IMG/VR virus record: IMGVR_UViG_3300012942_000082
Location: 1 to 40,149 of that record
DNA: 40,149 nt
Direction: 5' to 3' (one strand)
DNA from: a virus
Lineage: Duplodnaviria; Caudoviricetes
The translations under genes and the position numbers were made by a program. The first letter of the stretch is position 1. The number at the start of each line of letters is the position of its first letter. The notes below the pieces were generated by a model that was given only the letters and a program-made list of their open reading frames with translations, did no database searches and was not told where the DNA came from. Below, piece by piece: positions 20,835-28,107 of the stretch.

Positions 20835-21108
20835 ATTATATTATATATCCATCATGCTGCTGCTTCCCGAATGTACCCTTATGGCAAGTGGAAAAAGGGG
20901 AGGGGGTGTGGTATGGATGAGGAGTGTATTGCGGCAACAAGGATCAATACTTTTGAAGGTATACATTTACATACGTTTAGATTGCTTATGGTATGATTGT
21001 TAACAGAGACTAATGGAAGGAGTAGCGATGAGACCAAGCGAAACTTTTAAAATAAAAAATTATGTGTTATAATATGCATATGCATTTTCAACTTAGGATG
21101 GATTTCTG

Positions 21109-21360
21109 ATGCCAAACGAGCCCCTTAATAGACTTTCATTCTGGACTGTATTTTCACCCTCGGTAGATGGTTCTATACGCCTTGATCATGACTTGATTGT
21201 CAATGGTGCGCGTTTTCCGACCGGGAGTATTATTAACCCAGGACAATTTATGGCTGGTATTGATATTATTAAGCGCAAAGGTACGGATCTAGCGGTAGCT
21301 AATTCTGTGGATGGGGCTTATATCTTGCGAGGATTCTACTTGCCTGATGGACAACAGTAA
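21109..21360 (+). CDS. Accessory hypothetical protein
   Basis: Downstream of an extended -10 TGTTATAAT at about 21065-21073. Confidence 0.55.
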   Translation: MPNEPLNRLSFWTVFSPSVDGSIRLDHDLIVNGARFPTGSIINPGQFMAGIDIIKRKGTDLAVANSVDGAYILRGFYLPDGQQ

Positions 21361-21772
21361 GCAAACCAAGGGCGCAACTAAGCGCAAAAAGAAATCTGAC
21401 GCTATAGTTACGTCATCCGCACCAAGGGCCCCTATAGTCAATCAGCCTCAAGGCATAATCATTACTACCGCTGAGGCAGGCGCAGATGACCTTGAGGATA
21501 AAGTTAATGCCCTGACGGCACGCCTGGATAAAGAAGTAGACAAGCGTCATAGTGAGCAGAGAAATATTTTTATAGGTGTCCTTCTAGCTGTCGTGCTAAT
21601 TGTTGCTAGTGTCGCAGTAGAGGTGATTATTTTTAACGCGTCGTTTAGCGACAATCTAGATAAGTACAATCAACAAGAGGATCAAGATTATAGAAGCCTT
21701 CGTGATGCCATCGATAACAATCAGCAATCTACGACACAACAGTTATTACAATTAAAATCATCAAATCTTTAG
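21347..21772 (+). CDS. Accessory single-pass membrane protein
   Basis: Hydrophobic stretch IFIGVLLAVVLIVASVAVEVIIF flanked by coiled coils; probable start at ATG 21347. Confidence 0.6.
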   Translation: MDNSKQTKGATKRKKKSDAIVTSSAPRAPIVNQPQGIIITTAEAGADDLEDKVNALTARLDKEVDKRHSEQRNIFIGVLLAVVLIVASVAVEVIIFNASFSDNLDKYNQQEDQDYRSLRDAIDNNQQSTTQQLLQLKSSNL

Positions 21773-21782
21773 AAATGTCTAA

Positions 21783-22793
21783 TTACGCCCTCAACACATC
21801 ATCCAGCCATGTCACGGGCCTCGGCTTCTCACGGACGAGCAGCCATGGCAATAATGCCTGTAGGCTAGCCGGCCAGTCGTAGCTTAGTATTTCCTCATCC
21901 GGTGTCCGGTAGACCAGGTAGATGCCCCGTACGAGCGTAGCGAGCCCCTCTGGAGCCACATCACAGGCTCGAGCAATCAAGTCCTGGAAGACCACACTAC
22001 TGTTGCGGTTGTAGTGGAAGACGAACTCATCGACATAGTGCTGCAGATACTTCTGGCTGACCGTATGGTACGTACCGGTCATGGAGTTCTTTAGGAGTGA
22101 CCAGATACCCTCTATGGTATTCGTATGGACTTCTCCAGCGTGGTAGGTCATCGGGAAGTGACGCACGGTCTTATGGTCAAAGCGAGCTGCCAGGTGGCTA
22201 TAGACATTACTCTCGTCTGTTACAATGTCGGTTCCGACAGCTACCCGCTGGGCAAAGAAATCCGTTATGAACTGCCGGTTAGGCTGCCGCATGACCTTTA
22301 CCATGGCCGCCCCACCACGCTCTACCGCACCGGTTACCATGACTTTGTTACTGTAGCGTTTCTTCGGGGAACGGCGACCACCTACATAGGCAGCATCTGC
22401 TTCTACGGTGCCACTGAACATATGGGTATCCTGGTACATGAGAGACCGTATCCGATTAGCCATCCGCCAGGCAGTCTTATAGGTAACACCTAAGTGTCGT
22501 TCCAGTTCTTTGGCAGCTACACCGTTCTTCGAGACGGAGAAGATATACATGGCATAGAACCAATACCATATGCTGGTACTCGACTTATGGAAGATGGTAT
22601 CTGCTAGTGGGTAGATGTGCTCCCCACAGGCACTGCAGACATATGCCTTACGGTTGGTGATCTTGTAGAACTTAACACCCACTGAGCCACAGTCGGGGCA
22701 GGTAGATTGGTAGCGGGCGAGGAGGATTTCACGCAAGCAAGCATCATCGTTGGGGTAAGCTTTTCTGAACTGCTTGAAGGTGTATTTATTCAC
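21783..22793 (-). CDS. IS1595-family (ISXO2-like) DDE transposase with C-terminal extension
   Basis: CPDC..CSAC zinc ribbon, TIFHKS, LGVTYKTAWRM HTH, VEAD, VTD, HTNTIEG..LK, YLQ.Y.DEF.F.YN. Probable GTG start at 22793 behind TTGTTC-17-TACAAT. Confidence 0.9.
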   Translation of the reverse strand: MNKYTFKQFRKAYPNDDACLREILLARYQSTCPDCGSVGVKFYKITNRKAYVCSACGEHIYPLADTIFHKSSTSIWYWFYAMYIFSVSKNGVAAKELERHLGVTYKTAWRMANRIRSLMYQDTHMFSGTVEADAAYVGGRRSPKKRYSNKVMVTGAVERGGAAMVKVMRQPNRQFITDFFAQRVAVGTDIVTDESNVYSHLAARFDHKTVRHFPMTYHAGEVHTNTIEGIWSLLKNSMTGTYHTVSQKYLQHYVDEFVFHYNRNSSVVFQDLIARACDVAPEGLATLVRGIYLVYRTPDEEILSYDWPASLQALLPWLLVREKPRPVTWLDDVLRA

Positions 22794-22848
22794 CTTATAT
22801 TGTAACAAATTAACAGAGGTAGAACAAGGGTTCTATGTACTTTATTTT

Positions 22849-22877
22849 TTGACACTCTTAATAAGCCTCCGTATAAT
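22849..22877 (+). promoter_or_regulatory. Perfect consensus sigma70 promoter with no downstream + strand gene
   Basis: TTGACA-17-TATAAT. Confidence 0.85.
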
Positions 22878-22882
22878 TGGGG

Positions 22883-22920
22883 GTATAAGGAGCCCTGGTT
22901 TTCGGAGGGCTTTTTTATTT
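22883..22920 (+). ncRNA. Candidate small RNA 1 (late-element-like hairpin, element 3)
   Basis: AGCCCT-ggttttcgg-AGGGCT-TTTTT directly after the consensus promoter; complementary to the - strand RNA at 23427-23453; a second 9-bp hairpin follows at 22925-22951. Confidence 0.65.
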
Positions 22921-22968
22921 TGTATGTAGGCTTTTTTTCGTTAAGCCTACAGCGACTTGTCCGTAAAC

Positions 22969-22990
22969 AAAAAACCGCCCACTGGGCGGC
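22969..22990 (-). terminator. Intrinsic terminator for the 23024-23332 gene
   Basis: CCGCCC-agt-GGGCGG followed by TTTTTT on the - strand. Confidence 0.75.
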
Positions 22991-23023
22991 TTATCGCATA
23001 AGCAGTATAGTACAGAACTGCTT

Positions 23024-23332
23024 CTAGCAGAAGTACTCAAGTGGCCCTGAGGCAGCCTCAGTGCAGTTAATGGTGACATCGTCATCAGGGCTGTTACAGA
23101 CCATGCCAACACTATTCTTTACCTTCTGGGGTATACAGGTATAGGCACTTGAACGGTTCGGGTTAAATTCCGGGTAGTGGTTGATAACTGATGTGTGCCG
23201 TTCAATCTTAACTTGCTGGGGCTTGTTGTCATACAAGGTGTGGTAGTGAACTGCTACTCTCGTAGCAATGCCACACAGTAGCAGTAATACGGCTATAACG
23301 GGCAGAAGGATTGTTTCAGATAGTCGGGTCAT
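23024..23332 (-). CDS. Membrane-anchored Cys-containing protein
   Basis: N-terminal TM helix, four C-terminal Cys; SD GGAG. Confidence 0.65.
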   Translation of the reverse strand: MTRLSETILLPVIAVLLLLCGIATRVAVHYHTLYDNKPQQVKIERHTSVINHYPEFNPNRSSAYTCIPQKVKNSVGMVCNSPDDDVTINCTEAASGPLEYFC

Positions 23333-23344
23333 TTATTTCTCCAT

Positions 23345-23478
23345 AAATAAGAAAGCAGCCATCGCTGGCTGTCTAGACCTTTCAAAGCAGGGGAATACCC
23401 AACTAGGAGCGATGACTGCTTCCAAAGGGTATAAAAAAGCCCTGCTCTTCGAACTGTCTAGACAATGTTATTATACCA
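23345..23478 (-). promoter_or_regulatory. Promoter and structured two-state leader RNA
   Basis: Extended -10 TGGTATAAT (23478-23470); long hairpin 23464-23370 interleaved with a 14-bp stem (23421-23408/23366-23353) plus U-rich tract. Confidence 0.7.
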
Positions 23479-23485
23479 TATAGAT

Positions 23486-23629
23486 ATGGATATTGGTAAA
23501 TGTCTGTACTGTAAGGAAGAGAAAGAACTGAGAAAATACTCAGTTATAAATCCACTTACTGGAGAAGTAGTTGGTTCAAATATCATGTGCGAGGATTGTG
23601 CTGGACTACTGCCGTATCAAGAAGACTGA
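23486..23629 (+). CDS. 47-aa zinc-finger microprotein (not in ORF track)
   Basis: MDIGKCLYCKEEKELRKYSVINPLTGEVVGSNIMCEDCAGLLPYQED; extended -10 TGTTATTAT at 23466-23474. Confidence 0.6.
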   Translation: MDIGKCLYCKEEKELRKYSVINPLTGEVVGSNIMCEDCAGLLPYQED

Positions 23630-23807
23630 TAGCCTCGAAGTGGTCATCTTTCCGATATAGACGGTAGGGCTGGAAATCGTTCTTAGTAACTAGGAGAAGT
23701 GCTATACCCCCGTTACTGGTATGAATGGTTATATGTATATTCCCATCTTCGCCAATGAATGCGCTTATATCCTTCTTTGCTGAACTGCCTACTACCTCTG
23801 TCCGCAC
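23583..23807 (-). CDS. Hypothetical protein
   Basis: SD GAAAGGA and TGGTAAAAT upstream; its 3' end overlaps the zinc-finger ORF. Confidence 0.45.
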   Translation of the reverse strand: MRTEVVGSSAKKDISAFIGEDGNIHITIHTSNGGIALLLVTKNDFQPYRLYRKDDHFEAISLLDTAVVQHNPRT

Positions 23808-23861
23808 TACTGTTCCTTTCTTGTTCTTACGGGATAGGGGGGTGCTTTCTTAATTTTACCA

Positions 23862-23967
23862 GAAAAAGAAAAAACCTGGATTAACCAGGTATGTTTTTCT
23901 TGTCTAGACAACCCACGAATGAATCGTGTTACATATAAATACTAGCACGTAGTAACAGATATGTCAA
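23862..23967 (-). ncRNA. Promoter and candidate small RNA 2 (~65 nt) with terminator
   Basis: TTGACA-17-TAGTAT, 5' hairpin CACGA-ttcat-TCGTG, GGTTGTCTAGACAA seed, terminator ACCTGG-ttaat-CCAGGT-TTTTT. Confidence 0.6.
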
Positions 23968-24185
23968 CTAAGCATTCGTCTAAGTTCGGGTGACAGATTC
24001 TGTGCTTGCTCTGGATAGACCTTATAGTAGTCTACTTGGTTCGGTTGCAGCATCTCAGCTCTATAACGTACCCTTTGGTCTTCTCGGCTCGCTCTAGCAG
24101 CTGTTTCATTAGGATGGAGCGTTGGAGCATGTTCATCAATATAGACAATCCTGCCATTAACGATTCTGGCGATATTCTTACTCAT
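23964..24185 (-). CDS. Hypothetical protein
   Basis: Coupled downstream in the groES-groEL operon. Confidence 0.6.
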   Translation of the reverse strand: MSKNIARIVNGRIVYIDEHAPTLHPNETAARASREDQRVRYRAEMLQPNQVDYYKVYPEQAQNLSPELRRMLS

Positions 24186-24418
24186 GATGGTGGGTTCAAC
24201 TTCTTCATTAACTTTTCCCTTTCATATATGGCTTCCTGTATGGGGTCTAGCGGGTCTATGAGCATACTCTTTGGCTCTTCCTCTACAGGTATATCTACTT
24301 TATTGTGTACCGCTTGTTCTAATTCCGCAAGCTTCTTCATGATGCCACGAACAAAGTACCCAAGACTAAAGGCTCCTATAAGTGAGATAGCCCATACGGG
24401 GATGAGCCAGTAGAGCAT
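24182..24418 (-). CDS. Small membrane-anchored protein
   Basis: N-terminal TM helix; TAATG coupling to groEL. Confidence 0.6.
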   Translation of the reverse strand: MLYWLIPVWAISLIGAFSLGYFVRGIMKKLAELEQAVHNKVDIPVEEEPKSMLIDPLDPIQEAIYEREKLMKKLNPPS

Positions 24419-26088
24419 TATTTCTCCATGTCTTCAAAGACTAAGGCTAAACCAGTTTTAATCGTCTCAGCAGCCATACCAGTAGCATGCGTAATTGCTT
24501 CACGTACGACGACATATGGGTCTGCTATGCCAGCCTTTAGGACATCTACTAGCTCAGCTGATTCTTTAAGATTGTAACCGTGGCCTTTCCTGGCATTTAA
24601 TGCTTTATCTAATAGCAACTCTGCTTTATTAGGATATGCATTGCTAAGTAATTTCTTGAAAGTCGAACGAAGAGCATTGCAAGTTATGTTAGTAATTGCC
24701 GGTACATTTATAAGTTTTCCCTCTGATTTAAATGACTTACTTAATCCCTCTTCCATTGCATGTTCTAGCATATTTTCTTCAACAGCAGTAAGTTTTAATT
24801 CCTTATTATCTGCAAGTTTACTAAGCTCTAGCAGTGTCACGCCCCCACCAGGCACAATACCTTCAGCATACGCATGTCGTGTAGAGTTGATAGCGTCTTC
24901 AATACGGAATTCAGTCTCTTCTCTCGTAGAATCAGTCGCACCACCAATCTTAAAGATTGCAATCTTACCTTCTAACTTCGCTACTCTGTCACGTAGTTTC
25001 TCGGCAATTGCTGGTGTTTCCTCAGCAGCTAGTTGGTCTTTAATTTCGGTGATACGGGTAATAACAGCTTCGCTCTTATTGTCACCAAATAGGGTAGCAT
25101 CTGACTTACTAGCGACGACTTTATCTACGGTACCAATGTAGTTGGCGTTAAATTGCTTCAAGCTGGTAGTCTCAGTAATCAGGTCACAGCCAGTATATAG
25201 GGCGATATCGTCGAGGAGGTATTTGCCGAGTTCACCATACATAGGTGGGGTCTTAATGATGACTGCATCTATCTGTCCAGCATTGACGGTATTCACAATA
25301 GTGGTATAGGCCTGGTCTTCAATGTTCCCGATAAAGACAATACGTGGTATCTGACCTTGTTTGACGAACTTAGCTTCTACGGTCTTATTCAGGAGCTCAA
25401 TGGCATCCGCACTGGAGGTAAGCCGCTTAGCTGACACGATAATGAATGGGTCTATTAACTCTTTCTTACCGGCCTGAAGTGCAGTAAAGCCAGACTGTAA
25501 GTAGTAGCCATCGACATACTCCCGTTCAATTTCAGCGATTGGTGCTTTCTCAGTAAGGATGCCGCCATCTGGGCCGACATAGAGGATGGCGTCAGCAATC
25601 AGCTGACCAATCAGTGCGTCACCAGCTGATACGGTTGCAACGTCCTTTAGATTTTCATCTTTGACAGGGATGACTTCTGATTTTAGTGCCTCTAATAGTA
25701 CATGGCTATCTTTAATAATTATATCGCTGACATCCATGGGGTGATGCCCAGCAGCAATCGCTTTTACACCATTCTCAAGCAGGTGGTATGTCAGTACGGA
25801 GGTAACGGTTGACCCATCACCACTGATATTATTTGCTGCTCGCGATGCTTCTGCGAGAGCTTGCATACCAATGTTTTCTACTCGGTCTGAACTGAATACC
25901 TGTTCTACAATAGTCACACCGTCACGAGTATAAGTAGGACGGCCAAAGCCTCTTTCTACGATGACGTTCTTACCTTTCGGGCCATATGTGACTGATACTG
26001 CATCATATGCCTTTTTAGCACCTTGCATGACCCGAGCACGTAGTTCATCTTCCGGTATTACTAATCTACCTTCTTTTTTTTCTGCCAT
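24418..26088 (-). CDS. groEL: Phage chaperonin GroEL (Cpn60)-like
   Basis: TYGPKG.NV, TRDGVTI, GDGSTV, KIGGAT, RIEDA, GIVPGGG and GIADP motifs. Confidence 0.95.
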   Translation of the reverse strand: MAEKKEGRLVIPEDELRARVMQGAKKAYDAVSVTYGPKGKNVIVERGFGRPTYTRDGVTIVEQVFSSDRVENIGMQALAEASRAANNISGDGSTVTSVLTYHLLENGVKAIAAGHHPMDVSDIIIKDSHVLLEALKSEVIPVKDENLKDVATVSAGDALIGQLIADAILYVGPDGGILTEKAPIAEIEREYVDGYYLQSGFTALQAGKKELIDPFIIVSAKRLTSSADAIELLNKTVEAKFVKQGQIPRIVFIGNIEDQAYTTIVNTVNAGQIDAVIIKTPPMYGELGKYLLDDIALYTGCDLITETTSLKQFNANYIGTVDKVVASKSDATLFGDNKSEAVITRITEIKDQLAAEETPAIAEKLRDRVAKLEGKIAIFKIGGATDSTREETEFRIEDAINSTRHAYAEGIVPGGGVTLLELSKLADNKELKLTAVEENMLEHAMEEGLSKSFKSEGKLINVPAITNITCNALRSTFKKLLSNAYPNKAELLLDKALNARKGHGYNLKESAELVDVLKAGIADPYVVVREAITHATGMAAETIKTGLALVFEDMEK

Positions 26089-26091
26089 AGA

Positions 26092-26466
26092 TTACTCCAA
26101 GTTAAAGGCACCTGCGCTGCCTGTTTGATCAATTATCTGAATATCTGCGTCTAGATCGTCTGTCCAACCGATGATGTCTGACATATTCAACAAAACAAAT
26201 TCCTCATCACCTTCTTTGAACATACGTCCTCTGTCTTGTAATGCCTCCCAGAACACAATCTTTCCCTCTAATTTCTTATAAAATTGTTGTACTTTCTGAA
26301 GTACATCGAGGTTACCGATAGTATTATCTGCTAAGAATGAGTGAAAACCGAAGTAAATCATATCATCTGGCACCTTCGTCACAACTCCGCTTACTCTACC
26401 ACTTGCGGACCCTCCGAATCTCTTGGTTTCGATTTTAACTTTAATCTTATCGTTAAATGGTTCCAT
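26092..26466 (-). CDS. groES: Divergent co-chaperonin GroES (Cpn10)-like
   Basis: MEPFNDKIKVK (PL.DRV.V-like), G.V..V, EEFVLLNMSDIIG; immediately upstream of groEL; SD GGAGG. Confidence 0.7.
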   Translation of the reverse strand: MEPFNDKIKVKIETKRFGGSASGRVSGVVTKVPDDMIYFGFHSFLADNTIGNLDVLQKVQQFYKKLEGKIVFWEALQDRGRMFKEGDEEFVLLNMSDIIGWTDDLDADIQIIDQTGSAGAFNLE

Positions 26467-26484
26467 TATTTATTCCTCCAATCC

Positions 26485-26592
26485 AAAAAAGCCGCTACCA
26501 GACCGCTGAGCCTTGGTAACGGCATTATTACATTCGAGAATCTCAGCGGTCATCACAATGGTTAATGTACCAGCTTGCAATACAAAACACAA
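26485..26592 (-). promoter_or_regulatory. groES promoter and attenuator-like leader
   Basis: TTGTGT-17-TACATT; two interleaved 10-bp stems; U6 tract before the SD. Confidence 0.7.
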
Positions 26593-26640
26593 GCATATAT
26601 CATTGCAGTAGGAATAAGCCCTACTGGGGCTTTTTTATTT
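26575..26640 (+). promoter_or_regulatory. Promoter plus promoter-proximal terminator (late element 4, before endolysin)
   Basis: TTGCAA-17-TATCAT, then GTAGGAAT AAGCCC-tactg-GGGCTT TTTTATTT. Confidence 0.75.
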
Positions 26641-26650
26641 AAGGAAATAT

Positions 26651-28096
26651 ATGAGCGTAACACAAACAGATGCGGTTAACTGGCTCAATTATCAAGTTGG
26701 CCAGCATCTCGATTATGACCACCTATATGGTCAACAGTGCGTTGATTTCTTCAACTTCTATTATCAGTACGTAACAGGAGATAGTCCCTATAATGACGGA
26801 TATAGCGTTCCATCTGCAGCCGACATATGGAATATTGCTAACAGCCGCTTTACAAAGATTCCAGATAGTAATTCACTAGTTCCGCAGCCAGGTGACATTG
26901 CGGTATATGGAACTGCTTGGGGTGCAGGTAACGGGCATGTAGAGGTCGTACTTTCTACTGATGGTAATGGCTGTACCTTTGTAGGTGAGAATGAACATAA
27001 CAACACTACTGAAGGTGTTGTAAAAGTATCCCGTACGTGGGCACAGATGCGTGGACTGCTTGGTGTGCTTCGATTTTCATGGTCAGTACCAGTTGCTACG
27101 CCACCCCCACCAGTTTATACGGTTATTGAGACATATAACCCTGTTATACAGGTAAAAACGAACAAACAACCGACCACGATGTGGGGTATGAACTATGGCA
27201 CTTTTAATGCCATGGAAGCTAATCCCATAAAGACAGTTAGTGAAGGGACTATCCTGACTATTGTTGAGAAGCTGCAACATGTCACAGGCGGCCAGTACTA
27301 CCGTGAACCTAACAATGTCGATGCCTGGAACGTACTAGACTGTGACCCCTATACCCCACCACCTACACCATACGTACCACCTGCAGCCCCTGTTCCAATC
27401 AAAAAGGCAGAGCAATATGAAGTATTCACGACACTTCCCTACTATGCATCCGCTGATGATACCGCCCAGTCCAAAAATCAGGTAGGGACAATAGCGCCAG
27501 GCACTTACTACGTCTGGAACAAACAGGGTACTAATAACAACTACTGGGATTTGTCGATCAGCAATACCACCGATCAGGGCATGTGGATTAACACTACACT
27601 TAATAAGAAGCCATTAAATGTTCCGGTACCAACACCGACCGTTCCTGAGGAACAAGCTGAGGCTACACCACCGGCAGAAACAGCCGCAGACGTACGGGCA
27701 AGCTTCCGACCATTCTTCCCAGACGGCTCACCGATATCATGCCAAGTAGTACAGACATTCCTCCTCACTGACCGCTTAGGGCCTGGCGATAACATCACGG
27801 TCAATAAGGTGCGTAAGACCGGTAAACCAAATGTCATTCATATCTATGGCACCTTCATGCAAGGTGGGAAGCCATGGGCGCTTGTACGTGTTGCAGATGA
27901 CCCACAACCAGCACCAGGTCTTCCCTACTACTTCTACGGCATACCGATTACCCACGCCATGCCAGATGCAAGCCTCGGGCCTTTCCTGATTGAAGTTGAC
28001 CCACTGAAAGACCGCTTGCGTTACTACGGTGAATACCTATATGATAAAGCTGTACAGACCATAGACGGTATATTTAAGAAAAAAACTAAAAAATAA
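26651..28096 (+). CDS. Endolysin, N-terminal CHAP domain plus Pro-linked putative binding domains
   Basis: YGQQCVDF, PQPGDIAVY, NGHV and GENE motifs. Confidence 0.85.
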   Translation: MSVTQTDAVNWLNYQVGQHLDYDHLYGQQCVDFFNFYYQYVTGDSPYNDGYSVPSAADIWNIANSRFTKIPDSNSLVPQPGDIAVYGTAWGAGNGHVEVVLSTDGNGCTFVGENEHNNTTEGVVKVSRTWAQMRGLLGVLRFSWSVPVATPPPPVYTVIETYNPVIQVKTNKQPTTMWGMNYGTFNAMEANPIKTVSEGTILTIVEKLQHVTGGQYYREPNNVDAWNVLDCDPYTPPPTPYVPPAAPVPIKKAEQYEVFTTLPYYASADDTAQSKNQVGTIAPGTYYVWNKQGTNNNYWDLSISNTTDQGMWINTTLNKKPLNVPVPTPTVPEEQAEATPPAETAADVRASFRPFFPDGSPISCQVVQTFLLTDRLGPGDNITVNKVRKTGKPNVIHIYGTFMQGGKPWALVRVADDPQPAPGLPYYFYGIPITHAMPDASLGPFLIEVDPLKDRLRYYGEYLYDKAVQTIDGIFKKKTKK

Positions 28097-28107
28097 AAGG
28101 AGCAGCA

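Noticed and set aside
250-27837. Many 60-170 aa ORFs antisense or alternate-frame to the large genes (e.g. 250-690, 2691-3131, 24641-25141)
   Set aside because: Shadow ORFs of well-supported genes, with no independent signals
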